Positions 9,202 to 18,919 of a DNA stretch of 31,899 nucleotides are shown here, piece by piece. The notes under the pieces are model-generated. The model did not search any database and was not told where the DNA came from. It saw only the letters and a list, made by a program, of their open reading frames with translations. Each line of letters opens with the position of its first letter. Position 1 is the stretch's first letter. Position numbers and translations under genes: made by a program. The stretch lies in contig JBEQLE010000047.1 in the NCBI GenBank assembly GCA_040326155.1, positions 1 through 31,899 of the forward strand, given 5' to 3'. Origin of the DNA: Leptospirales bacterium. GTDB taxonomy: Bacteria; Spirochaetota; Leptospiria; Turneriellales; JAOUFE01.

Positions 9202-9843
9202 ATGTTGAGACGACAGATAAAATTTTTTATAACTGTTATTTTATTAATACTTGTAACTCTCTCCGTAGCAGCAGCTTCGAAGTGGATTTGGCGAATAGAT
9301 AAAAAAGAGGTCTCCGTCGTCCGCTTTGAACAAGATTACAATTCGTTTATTAGCATGGTTGCATGGCAGGCCGATATGGAGCCAGAGCAACTGAAAGAGC
9401 TAATTCTAAGAGCAAAAAGCGACCAAGGCGAGAAAGGTAATGCTTTACTCAACCGTGTTGGTCGCAAAGCGTTTGCCAGCAATTATGAAGATATTCTATT
9501 ATTGCATCAAGACGCCGTTAAAACCGGGTACACTGAAAAGGAAGATGTAAAAGCATACCTGGAATTTATCGAGGACTATTACGCCGCACAAGTTTACTTA
9601 ATGCATATAAAATCAAAATTTCACCCTGAATTCACAGAAGATGAACTGCTGGAGAAGTGGTCGAAAACCGTAGAAGAAAACCCTGAATACGAACAGATCA
9701 CTATTGATGAAGGCTTGAAAATGATGCGCAGCCAGATGACAAAGCAAAAAAGGGTAGAGTTTAGCAAACAGTTTATGAAAGACCTTAAGAAAAAATATAA
9801 ATTTGAACGTAGTTCTGATTATGAACAGCAAATCGCGAATTAA
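9202..9843 (+). CDS. exported LipL31-like / SurA N-terminal-like chaperone domain protein
   Basis: Signal peptide. The pattern IDxxxVSxxxFExxYN...AVKTGYTEKEDV...QVYLMH...TEDE resembles Leptospira LipL31 as recalled. Confidence 0.6.
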   Translation: MLRRQIKFFITVILLILVTLSVAAASKWIWRIDKKEVSVVRFEQDYNSFISMVAWQADMEPEQLKELILRAKSDQGEKGNALLNRVGRKAFASNYEDILLLHQDAVKTGYTEKEDVKAYLEFIEDYYAAQVYLMHIKSKFHPEFTEDELLEKWSKTVEENPEYEQITIDEGLKMMRSQMTKQKRVEFSKQFMKDLKKKYKFERSSDYEQQIAN

Positions 9844-9846
9844 TTG

Positions 9847-11094
9847 TTATTCGTTATATAGTGAAATTAAAAAGTGTAAACGAACTGATTTTATGTAATA
9901 TGCATTATTCGGTGTGCGGTCGAACTCGTGTAGTATATAGGTTGTGTGTTTTCCGGAGAGTTCTGAGTACTTGCCTCTTTGATGCATTTCGTTGATGCCG
10001 GCTCGAAAAGAGGTTTCGGCTAAAGCGTAATGATAAATAATTTCGTTTTTTAGTTCTGACACGGCTTCCGGGCTTATTTTCGAAAGGTGATTGTATATTT
10101 TAACATTATCTACCAGAGAGGATATGCGGGAGAGTTCTAGTAAACTTTCGATATGCTTTGTCAAGTATCCTGGTTTTCTGTTTAAGTTGTATAGATTTAT
10201 ACTTTTACGTTGCATCCAGTTGGTGTTTTTAGTGTTGTTATAAGCCAGGTTAAAATGGTCCCATAAAAGATCTCTGTATCGTTTGTTAGCTTTTAAACTC
10301 TGGTACTTATTATCTTCGAGCAATTCACTGTCGTTAATCTGGTTATTTTTTAATTTTTGGTAGACCTCTTTTTCGGTTTTGTACTCAATGTAATCGATCG
10401 CCTGCATAAGCATCTGGTGTTCCATTTGGGGACGACATACGGCTTTTAAAACTTTTTTTCGAAATTCAATAATTTCCATTGAATCTGGTTTTTTTTGTAA
10501 AGCAGGGTACAAGTAGATTTGGTCTATATTTATTAAGAAATTAATATACCCTGGTATCTCTTCTACTTCGATTGCCTGAACCTTTTTGTTTTTATCGTCT
10601 TCGTCGGGTAGCACCGTTCTTTTATTTAAATGGTTTTCGCGCGCCTCTCTGTTAATAATAGAGTTTTCAAGCATAAACTTTTGATCACATAAAAGAGCGA
10701 GGTCCCCGAAAAACTGAGTTTCCAAAGCGTATTGCACTTTTGCATTTAGATTGTAGTCATCATGGAATTTACTTTTATCGAGAAGAAAAAAGGAGTCTGG
10801 AATATTGTTAATCTGGTAAGAATCTTCAATTTCATCTAAAATCTCTTTTTTACCTTTGACCAATAGCAGGTGCGCTTTTTCACTGTCTTCGGTAAATCCA
10901 TAAGGACCACTGTCGTAGGAAGCAGGATTATTATATTCCATTCCTATAATGGTTCCAACCTTCATAAAAGTGACAACATTATAAATATAGGACTTTATCG
11001 ATAAAATAAAAGAAAATATAATCGTTGCCACCATCAACAGGAGTATGGTTCGGCTGGTTTTATTTTTCCATATATCATTAAATATATTTTGCAT
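9847..11094 (-). CDS. hypothetical membrane-anchored protein
   Basis: 415-aa ORF with an N-terminal TM, starting 2 nt after the upstream gene's stop. Confidence 0.75.
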   Translation of the reverse strand: MQNIFNDIWKNKTSRTILLLMVATIIFSFILSIKSYIYNVVTFMKVGTIIGMEYNNPASYDSGPYGFTEDSEKAHLLLVKGKKEILDEIEDSYQINNIPDSFFLLDKSKFHDDYNLNAKVQYALETQFFGDLALLCDQKFMLENSIINREARENHLNKRTVLPDEDDKNKKVQAIEVEEIPGYINFLINIDQIYLYPALQKKPDSMEIIEFRKKVLKAVCRPQMEHQMLMQAIDYIEYKTEKEVYQKLKNNQINDSELLEDNKYQSLKANKRYRDLLWDHFNLAYNNTKNTNWMQRKSINLYNLNRKPGYLTKHIESLLELSRISSLVDNVKIYNHLSKISPEAVSELKNEIIYHYALAETSFRAGINEMHQRGKYSELSGKHTTYILHEFDRTPNNAYYIKSVRLHFLISLYNE

Positions 11095-11096
11095 AA

Positions 11097-12251
11097 TTAT
11101 TTTATATCTTTAACGCAACGAGCTCCCGCTCTGAAGTCCCCGACAAGCGATGGATTTCCACCGGGTAGTCTTTCGTATGTTTTGGTAAACTTTGACGGCA
11201 GGTTAAAAGCGCCGCCGCGTATGACTTTATACTTTTTTCCAAAATCGGGATCGCGAATTGAGTTTCCTCGATAAGGGGTATACCAACTAGATGTCCATTC
11301 TGCAGCGTTCCCGCATAACCCGAAAATGCCATGTACATTTTTATCTTTTAAGGTGTATATCGATTGTATTCGGCCCAGGGTTTCACTTGTTACGCAGACT
11401 TCGGGGTTAAACGAGAGCCCGGTGGGGTAGATGAGAATTTGTTCAATATACTCTTTGGAGTCATCCGGTTTGTAGTAAACTTCCAGACCGCTACCGCGAG
11501 CCGCTTTTTCCCATTCTAGTTCGGTTGGCAGTCTTTTTCCCGCCCATGTACAATAAGTATGAGCTTGTATATAACTGAGATTATGGACCGGTAAACTTTG
11601 TTCCATTTGATCGTCCCATCCCGGAGGCGGCGCAGAACCTGTCTCAAGCATAAAACGTTTAAACTGTTCTCGGGTAATTTCGTAAATATCTATATAATAG
11701 TGTTTTAAACTATAATACCGAACTCTTTTTTGACCGCGTACTTTTTGTACCGTGGTTCTTACTTTTTCGACCGGGGTAGTGTAGTGAACCGTTCCCGGTA
11801 TGTCTGACCCAAAAACAAAGGGTCCGTTGGGAATTAGAACCATCTGGCTGGCGTCGATTGTGTTTCTGTAGTATTTCTCGGGTGTTGGCGGTATGTGTCT
11901 TTGGTCTGGTAAGATTACTTCAGCTTTTTTCTCAAGAGCAATTCCAATCTTTTGCCCTGTGTAAACAGAATACTGGCCATGTGCCAGTGCTGCTGTAAGT
12001 TTCAAAGGTATCTGGGCATAGTAAATATTGTCAGGGGTAAAAATAGCTATTTTTCGATTGTTCTCATCAAGTAGAATTAACTCAGTATTTGTGGTGACTT
12101 CACTTGCAACCATCTTATGGTAAATTTTAATTTCAACTAAACCGGTAGAGTGGTCCACATAAATAACCTCACCAACCGGAATATACTCTTGTTGTGCGAA
12201 AAGAGCGAACGTGGTAATAAACACAAAAGTAACTATAAAAAGATGCCTCAT
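11097..12251 (-). CDS. exported SUMF1/EgtB/PvdO (FGE-sulfatase domain) protein
   Basis: Signal peptide from ATG 12251 (alternative TTG 12269). Motifs GKRLPTELEWEKAARG, GLCGNAAEW and KVIRGG. Confidence 0.88.
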   Translation of the reverse strand: MRHLFIVTFVFITTFALFAQQEYIPVGEVIYVDHSTGLVEIKIYHKMVASEVTTNTELILLDENNRKIAIFTPDNIYYAQIPLKLTAALAHGQYSVYTGQKIGIALEKKAEVILPDQRHIPPTPEKYYRNTIDASQMVLIPNGPFVFGSDIPGTVHYTTPVEKVRTTVQKVRGQKRVRYYSLKHYYIDIYEITREQFKRFMLETGSAPPPGWDDQMEQSLPVHNLSYIQAHTYCTWAGKRLPTELEWEKAARGSGLEVYYKPDDSKEYIEQILIYPTGLSFNPEVCVTSETLGRIQSIYTLKDKNVHGIFGLCGNAAEWTSSWYTPYRGNSIRDPDFGKKYKVIRGGAFNLPSKFTKTYERLPGGNPSLVGDFRAGARCVKDIK

Positions 12252-12258
12252 AAAAGTA

Positions 12259-12285
12259 ATATCGTCCAAAATTCAAATAAATCGA
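12259..12285 (-). promoter_or_regulatory. putative sigma28 (FliA) promoter
   Basis: Minus strand reads TCGA-N15-GACGATAT, 7 nt before ATG 12251. Confidence 0.4.
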
Positions 12286-12296
12286 ATCAATTTACC

Positions 12297-12644
12297 TTAA
12301 TTATTTTTTACCCGTTTTAACTTTTGAATTAGCCCTTCTACCAGTGCATTGCGCCGTTTCTCTATTATGGCATGGTAGCGCGTATAAAAATCATTTTGCT
12401 TTGTTTGCAGGTATAGTTTTCTGTTGATAAAGTAACTGATGTAAGAGACTTGCTTGCCGTCGGTTTTCACCTTTTTCGTTTTTATTTGTTCAGTCGCAAT
12501 TTTAGGGGGTTTTTCTACCTCACCTTTTTGCCCGGTTACTTCGGTTTTGTGTGGTTTACTTTTTGATTGAAAATAATAGACTGCGCCGATAGTGCCGCCA
12601 ATGGCTATTGTAAAAAGAATTAAAAGTATCACCCATTTTTTCAT
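12297..12644 (-). CDS. small basic membrane-anchored hypothetical protein
   Basis: 115 aa with an N-terminal TM and Lys-rich body. Confidence 0.7.
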   Translation of the reverse strand: MKKWVILLILFTIAIGGTIGAVYYFQSKSKPHKTEVTGQKGEVEKPPKIATEQIKTKKVKTDGKQVSYISYFINRKLYLQTKQNDFYTRYHAIIEKRRNALVEGLIQKLKRVKNN

Positions 12645-12719
12645 CTACTGCTTATTTGTGCCATCCGCCGGGTTTGTCAATTCGTAAATTCAATGATACT
12701 GTGATAAGTTGTATTTAGA

Positions 12720-14003
12720 TTAACCTGTAAAGTGCCTATGAAGTTTACCGATATATGTTGCTTGTAATTCATCAAGTTCGGCCTGTTCGGCAAAATCGGT
12801 CCACTTTGATATCGACTGTTCAACTTCTTTTATAATATCTAAAGGTCGCTTTACATCAGCGTACTTTGCGGCTTTAAGAAGATCATCTATTAAAAAATTA
12901 TCTCGTTTTCCGTTACATGACATTTGATGTTGGTCTATAAATTTGTTCCCGGGTTTGTAGCTGAAGCATATGTCATATGCCGGCGAGAGTTGCCATTTAC
13001 CATCTCCAAACATTAAAAATGCATGGTTTTTTGTATGATCATCTTGATTTCTGGAACATATATTAAAGACCATGCGACGATACATTTCATTTAAATCATC
13101 TTGTGATAATCTTAAGTCTCTTATAGTCTGAAAAATTCGTTCGTAGCCATAGCCGCCCGGGGGGTCTCGATCTAAATGTGTCATTCCCGCAAAAGTGAGT
13201 ACATGCACCTTTTCATTCCCGTCAACACGATCAAACCGTTTTGTCATAAAATGGGCTTTTTTTCCATCTTTTAGTAACCTGCATTCCATAACGTTTATTC
13301 CCGCATCAAAAGCCATTTCATTATATGCATATTCTATTTTCCCAATTTGATGGGACGTTGCGAGTTCTTCATTTTCCATTTCATCAAACTTAAGAATCCA
13401 ATGTTCAAATCCTTTCGGAACATTCGTTTGACCTGATAGAACCTCCTTCGTTTTGTCATTTACTGCTACTATTGCTTTGGCTTTTGCTCCGCCAGCGCTT
13501 GTGCCAACAGAAATCAATGTTTCTATTCCAGTGTCATCGAGGTTGGTACTTACCGCTTTTCTTTCTTTTAATACTGTTTGAGCTAATTCGACTAAATCAC
13601 TCACCTCAATTGGAATTGGCTTGTTTAGATTTCTGGTTTCAAAGTCAGGCTCATACTCCAGGGCGCCCATACCTCTAACACCAATATAGCATAACCTCTC
13701 TAAAGGATTCAGGTCCTGGAGTTTTTTGCCGTGACGTGTAAGATAGGTGTCTAACAATCGATTACCGAATTTCTCAGGTAAGCTATCAGCTATAAAGCCA
13801 GGTAAACCTCGAAATGTTTTTGTGTTTTTTAAATCGGGAAATTGCCAAATTTTATTCGAAAGGGGTGTTAACAAAGGGCTGATTTCTATACCCGATTTAA
13901 CAAATTCATTGTCATATTCAAATGTGGCTAAGCTTTTTTTTTCATCCCAGATTAGCGCTCCGACACGTTCGCCCCATAAATTTACCGTAACAGCGTTATA
14001 CAT
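12720..14003 (-). CDS. hipA: HipA-family kinase toxin
   Basis: N-terminal couple_hipA-like region (LWGERVG...FEYD, LPGFIADSLPE), P-loop-like GTSAGGAKAK, KRFDR, NQDDHTKN and LSPAYD. Confidence 0.92.
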   Translation of the reverse strand: MYNAVTVNLWGERVGALIWDEKKSLATFEYDNEFVKSGIEISPLLTPLSNKIWQFPDLKNTKTFRGLPGFIADSLPEKFGNRLLDTYLTRHGKKLQDLNPLERLCYIGVRGMGALEYEPDFETRNLNKPIPIEVSDLVELAQTVLKERKAVSTNLDDTGIETLISVGTSAGGAKAKAIVAVNDKTKEVLSGQTNVPKGFEHWILKFDEMENEELATSHQIGKIEYAYNEMAFDAGINVMECRLLKDGKKAHFMTKRFDRVDGNEKVHVLTFAGMTHLDRDPPGGYGYERIFQTIRDLRLSQDDLNEMYRRMVFNICSRNQDDHTKNHAFLMFGDGKWQLSPAYDICFSYKPGNKFIDQHQMSCNGKRDNFLIDDLLKAAKYADVKRPLDIIKEVEQSISKWTDFAEQAELDELQATYIGKLHRHFTG

Positions 14004-14021
14004 TCATAATTCTCGCTGTAT

Positions 14022-14366
14022 TTACCCTTTTTGTCTTCCCATTTTTCGACTTGAGGGCTTATATTGTCTTGTTTTTTCTTTAACAAAGCGCTTTTTAGTT
14101 TTTGAAAGGTATTCGAATGGGGATGGGGTTGGTTGCTCCAGAAAAGGTAATAACCATTCGGTAAAACCAGTTTCACGTGTAAGCCGTATTAATGTTGATA
14201 ACTTGATGTCTTTTCCAGAAAGTGCAGCACTTATTGTATTGCGATTTAAGTCACTCAGGTGAGCAAGGTCCTTTTGGTTTAAGTGTGCTTGTTTGGCTCT
14301 TTGTTTGAGATTTTCTCCGATTGCTTCGAGTAATGATTCTATTGGTGCATTTGGGTTCGTTTGCAT
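14022..14366 (-). CDS. XRE-family HTH protein, putative HipB-like antitoxin
   Basis: HTH pattern IGENLKQRAKQAHLNQKDLAHLSDLNRNTI...KLSTLIRL, directly upstream of hipA. Confidence 0.85.
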   Translation of the reverse strand: MQTNPNAPIESLLEAIGENLKQRAKQAHLNQKDLAHLSDLNRNTISAALSGKDIKLSTLIRLTRETGFTEWLLPFLEQPTPSPFEYLSKTKKRFVKEKTRQYKPSSRKMGRQKG

Positions 14367-14505
14367 ATTATTTTAGGCAGTTTCGATTCTTTTTAAGATT
14401 ACACATAGTATCTTAGGCGCTTTGTTTTGTAAATGATTTTTTGCTTTCTCATAGTATATTAAGCATTTTTACATACTTTCTTTAATTCTGCATACTTTAC
14501 TAGGC
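14364..14505. promoter_or_regulatory. four operator-like repeats CATA-N6-TARGC
   Basis: Copies start at 14364, 14404, 14450 and 14491. The first overlaps the HTH start codon. Confidence 0.75.
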
Positions 14506-14651
14506 ATAATCGCTGATTTTTTTTGATTACCTTTTTTTGCTTCGCAGTAGTATTTTCTTATCGTAAAATGGTTTTCAATGTGCTTCCGTGAATTAGTAAG
14601 TCCTATCTGGAGTGTTTTATGATTGAACTCGCTGCGGTTGTGATAAATTAA

Positions 14652-15203
14652 ATGGAAGATAGTCCGGTTATTGCTTTGTATCGTCCGCAAATTCCTCCAA
14701 ATACGGGGAATATTGGGCGGCTTTGTGTAGCTATACAAAGCCCACTTTATATAGTTGGAAGATCACCGATATTACTCGACCAGAAAAGCGTTCGAAGGGC
14801 GGGGCTTGATTATTGGCAATTTGTTGACGTTCATAAAGTGGAAAGGTTTAAACATTTTTATGAGCAGATGGAAAGCAGGCGGATAGTCGCATTTACAAAA
14901 AGTTCTGGTGAGAATTCCGGCAAAAACAGGTGCGTCAATGTATGGGACTTTACTTTTAAGAAAGGTGATGTTTTGTTATTTGGGAACGAAACGGCGGGGT
15001 TGCCTCCGAGGCTTCTGAAACTGGTAAAAAACCATGTGTATATTCCCATGTGGGGACAGGAGATTCGATCTTTGAATCTTGCTAACAGTGTTTCGATTGC
15101 GGCTTATGAATATTTGCGGCAGATTGTGCCAGCACAATTAAGAGATGGAATTGATGTAGAAAGAACGTATTATAAAAAGCCAACCTACAATGAAAGAACA
15201 TGA
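14652..15203 (+). CDS. trmL: tRNA (cytidine/uridine(34)-2'-O)-methyltransferase
   Basis: SPOUT motifs PQIPPNTGNIGRLC, RRAGLDYW, LLFGNETAGLP and RSLNLANSV. Confidence 0.93.
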   Translation: MEDSPVIALYRPQIPPNTGNIGRLCVAIQSPLYIVGRSPILLDQKSVRRAGLDYWQFVDVHKVERFKHFYEQMESRRIVAFTKSSGENSGKNRCVNVWDFTFKKGDVLLFGNETAGLPPRLLKLVKNHVYIPMWGQEIRSLNLANSVSIAAYEYLRQIVPAQLRDGIDVERTYYKKPTYNERT

Positions 15204-18200
15204 AATAAAAAACGAACCTTCGAAACAGATGCAAGAGTTAATGAACTCTTTTAGAACCGACCCTGCGTTACAACCTTTAAAAAGTGACGCAAGAAGCTTC
15301 TCGGGAGTGCATCGATTTATAGTTCCTTTTCTGTTAACTGAAATTTATAACAATACCATACTGTCCGAAAATCCGGAAGATGTTCTAGTTGTTTTACCGA
15401 CCGATAAAGACGTAACAGTAATTACGGAACAACTCGAATACTTATTGTCTATTAAACCCGAATCGGCATCGGCAAAACCGAAAACTACCATAAAATATCG
15501 AGATGTGTTACCCTTTCCGACCTGGGGAATTCTACCATATACATATTCAATGCCCGAACCAGATCGCGAGGGAGCCCGGGCGACAACGTTGGCCTCCATT
15601 GTCGATCGAAAACAACGTGTTTTTACAATAACATCTATAGACGCTCTGTTTCAAAAAATTCCCTCACCGGTTTATTACCAGGGCGGGGCCCTTGAATTAC
15701 AAGCCGGGGGTTTCTACTCTATTGAAACAATAACTGAATTTCTAGCAACGCATGGTTATGAATCGGTGGACATTGTCGAAGCCCCGGGCGAGTTTTGCAA
15801 AAAAGGCGGTATACTGGAGATTTTTTCCCGAGACTATTTTGACCCGGTTCGTCTTGATTTTTTCGGGGACGATCTCGAAAGCATTGATATGTTTGATCCC
15901 GAAACACAACGTTCTTATAAAAATTTTTTACAAGTGAGTTTTTCGGGAAACCGTGACCTGGTATTGACACCAGATATTCATGAAAAGATTGGAAAGGCCG
16001 CCCAAAAAATGGTTGGTTCAAACGCTCCCATTTTACGAACCGGCGCAAAAGACCGTCGAGGTCTTTGGGATATCTATCCTGATTTATATGAGACAGCTTC
16101 GCTTCTGGACTTTTTTGAAAAGCCGCCTCGTTTGTACGCCTGGGATTATGATAAAATAATTTCCCGGTCTGAACGTATTTTCGGTGAGTATGAATTATTG
16201 AAAGAAAAAAAAGCTGATGAAAATACGATTGAAATTTCTAGATTTATTTTTGATCTTGAATGGATTCAGGAACATTTAAAAAAAGATGCAATTTTATTAA
16301 ACCCCCTTGCAAAAGAAAAAGATGAACATAATCTGCGCATGCCCGAACCGCCGCACTTTAAAGGTAGAATTTCAGATTTCGCTTCGCGCCTGAATTCCCC
16401 CGATTATGCCGGGAAAGCTATTTTTATCAGCTCAGGAAGCAATTCGCAAAAAGAGCGGTTAGAACATATATTAGAATCGTATTGCGACGACTCTACGAAT
16501 ATTAAACTCCTGGTGTCGCCTTTTTCCGGCGGTTTCTCCTGGCAGGGCGGTATCCTTTTTACCGACGCCGAAATTTTTGGTAAACGGACTCGAACAATCC
16601 GAATACAAAAAGGGAAAACCAAAGTTGTTGAAAGTCTGACCGATTTAAGTACCGGTGATAATGTCGTCCATATTAATTATGGGATAGGACGTTTTGTCGC
16701 TTTAAAACGAATGAAGGTGGCCGGGAACGAACGCGATTTTCTTGAACTTGAATTTGCGGGGTCCGATAAGCTCTACGTTCCATTGGAGCAATTAAATCTC
16801 GTACATAAATATATTGGAAGTTCTGAAAACCCCAGACTCGATTATCTTGGCAATAAATCGACATGGACAAAAACTAAACTAAAAGCCAGTGAGGCGATTG
16901 AAAAAATCGCCCTGGAGCTTCTTGAAATTTATGCTCGTCGTGAAAACTCACGCGGTATATCGTTTCCACCAGACAGCAGGTTTCAAGAAGAGTTTGAAGC
17001 AGCTTTTCCATATGAAGAAACCGATGGTCAGTTATCTACTTTGCTTGATGTTAAAAAAGATATGGAAAGTGAAAGGCCAATGGACCGCCTTGTTTGCGGA
17101 GATGTCGGTTATGGAAAAACCGAGATAGCCATTCGGGCTGCGTTTAAAGCCGTGATGGCAGGTAAGCAGGTGGCTTTATTATGTCCGACAACGGTCCTTG
17201 CTTATCAACATTATAATACATTTTCAAAGCGTTTTCAAGACTACCCTGTAAGTGTTGATTTTCTAAGCAGGTTTAAAAGCAAAGGGGAGGCTACTGAGTT
17301 AAAGGAACTGACGAAAGTGGGTAAAGTGGACATTGTTATTGGAACCCATGCTTTGCTTTCTGGAGACATCGCATGGAAAGACCTGGGCCTTCTTGTTGTC
17401 GATGAAGAACAACGGTTCGGGGTAAAACACAAAGAGTCGATTAAAAAACTTCGAGCGAATGTGGACTGTGTTACTCTGACGGCCACTCCCATCCCACGAA
17501 CCTTGCAGTTGTCGATGACCGGCATTCGTGATCTTTCGTTAATTGAAACCCCCCCGCGTAATCGCAGGAAAATTGATACTCACGTACTTGAAGATAACGA
17601 AGAGGTATTAAAGGCGGCGATACTTCAGGAACTCGATAGGTCGGGCCAGGTATTTATATTGCATAATCGGGTAAAGACGATATATGCACAGGCCGAACGA
17701 ATTCAATCTTTAGCGCCGGGAGCCCAGGTTGCGGTTTTACACGGACAGATGCCTGATCATGAAATTGAAGAAAAAATGCTTGAATTTTACCGCCAGAGAT
17801 ACGACATTCTGGTATCTACAACTATTATCGAATCGGGCATTGACATACCTAACGCCAATACTCTTATTGTAATGAACGCTCATACGTTTGGCCTGAGTCA
17901 ACTCTACCAGATAAAAGGAAGGGTTGGCCGCAGCGATAGGCAGGCATTCGCTTATTTTTTTTACCCCCCCGGAATTGTAATGAATGAGATTGCCCAGAAA
18001 CGGCTCAACACCTTAATGGAATATGACGGACTCGGCGCCGGCTTTAAAATAGCCATGCGAGATCTTGAAATTCGGGGTGCTGGTAATATTCTCGGTAAAG
18101 AACAAAGCGGCGATATAATGACCATAGGGTTTGAGCTTTATATTCGTATGCTACAAGACAAGTTAGGTGAACTGCGCGACGAAGAAAAAGCCGACGACTT

Positions 18201-18636
18201 TCAGTGTATTGTATCCATACCTGCGGATTTTTATTTTCCGGATGATTACATTGCAAGCATACGACAGAAAATGGAATTTTACAAAAAGATGGCCGCCGCC
18301 CATACCATAGATGAAATTGATGACATTAGCGACCAGATGAAAGACCGCTTTGGTGCGCCCCCGGTTTCTGTCGCTTCCATGATCGAGTCTGAGAAAATAC
18401 GTACACTCGGAAAATATTTAAAAATTGAAAAAGTCGTTATGGATGATAATACTTTTTCACTTTATGCTTCACCACAGACCAGCGTTGGCATGGAAAAACT
18501 GGCAGGTCTTATACAAAACGACAATCGCTTTTACCTCGACCCGGTCGACCCGAAAAAAATTGAGTTTAGCCCTGTCTCTAAAAATATCGATTCACGTCTG
18601 AAAGAATTAACCGGCATGCTTCGATACCTTATTTAA
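15190..18636 (+). CDS. mfd: transcription-repair coupling factor
   Basis: UvrB-like region (RLDFFGD), CarD/RID region (VVHINYGIGRF), GDVGYGKTE, DEEQRFG, TATPIPRT, QIKGRVGRS, DLEIRGAGN and the TRCF C-terminus. Confidence 0.97.
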   Translation: MKEHEIKNEPSKQMQELMNSFRTDPALQPLKSDARSFSGVHRFIVPFLLTEIYNNTILSENPEDVLVVLPTDKDVTVITEQLEYLLSIKPESASAKPKTTIKYRDVLPFPTWGILPYTYSMPEPDREGARATTLASIVDRKQRVFTITSIDALFQKIPSPVYYQGGALELQAGGFYSIETITEFLATHGYESVDIVEAPGEFCKKGGILEIFSRDYFDPVRLDFFGDDLESIDMFDPETQRSYKNFLQVSFSGNRDLVLTPDIHEKIGKAAQKMVGSNAPILRTGAKDRRGLWDIYPDLYETASLLDFFEKPPRLYAWDYDKIISRSERIFGEYELLKEKKADENTIEISRFIFDLEWIQEHLKKDAILLNPLAKEKDEHNLRMPEPPHFKGRISDFASRLNSPDYAGKAIFISSGSNSQKERLEHILESYCDDSTNIKLLVSPFSGGFSWQGGILFTDAEIFGKRTRTIRIQKGKTKVVESLTDLSTGDNVVHINYGIGRFVALKRMKVAGNERDFLELEFAGSDKLYVPLEQLNLVHKYIGSSENPRLDYLGNKSTWTKTKLKASEAIEKIALELLEIYARRENSRGISFPPDSRFQEEFEAAFPYEETDGQLSTLLDVKKDMESERPMDRLVCGDVGYGKTEIAIRAAFKAVMAGKQVALLCPTTVLAYQHYNTFSKRFQDYPVSVDFLSRFKSKGEATELKELTKVGKVDIVIGTHALLSGDIAWKDLGLLVVDEEQRFGVKHKESIKKLRANVDCVTLTATPIPRTLQLSMTGIRDLSLIETPPRNRRKIDTHVLEDNEEVLKAAILQELDRSGQVFILHNRVKTIYAQAERIQSLAPGAQVAVLHGQMPDHEIEEKMLEFYRQRYDILVSTTIIESGIDIPNANTLIVMNAHTFGLSQLYQIKGRVGRSDRQAFAYFFYPPGIVMNEIAQKRLNTLMEYDGLGAGFKIAMRDLEIRGAGNILGKEQSGDIMTIGFELYIRMLQDKLGELRDEEKADDFQCIVSIPADFYFPDDYIASIRQKMEFYKKMAAAHTIDEIDDISDQMKDRFGAPPVSVASMIESEKIRTLGKYLKIEKVVMDDNTFSLYASPQTSVGMEKLAGLIQNDNRFYLDPVDPKKIEFSPVSKNIDSRLKELTGMLRYLI

Positions 18637-18871
18637 AATAATCTGGCCGGCAAAGTCCCGAGAATTTAAGAGAAGAACTAAGTCAAATTCATAGTACTTT
18701 TGCTGGTATAATAATATTTCAAAATTCAATTCGCTTTCAATTTCTTAACCTGTAAATCCTGTTAATTATATCAAAATTTCTTATTCTTTATTTTTCTGCA
18801 CTTCCTGCTTTCCTTATAGTTGTTTTTTCTTTATTACCAAAATTAAATTAAACATATTTAATAAAAAAGTA

Positions 18872-18899
18872 TTGACGATTCAAAAGGTTCCATTAAAAT
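18872..18899 (+). promoter_or_regulatory. sigma70-type promoter for the holin-amidase pair
   Basis: TTGACG-N16-TAAAAT preceded by an A/T tract, followed by the AGGAGA RBS and ATG 18920. Confidence 0.6.
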
Positions 18900-18919
18900 C
18901 TGCAAACGCAGGAGAAATT

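Noticed and set aside
14469..14738. 89-aa minus-strand ORF as a third TA component
   Set aside because: It overlaps trmL antisense and the operator/promoter region, and has no recognisable motif.
18872..18919. TTG start for the holin given by the ORF track
   Set aside because: This TTG is the -35 box. ATG 18920 has an AGGAGA RBS.
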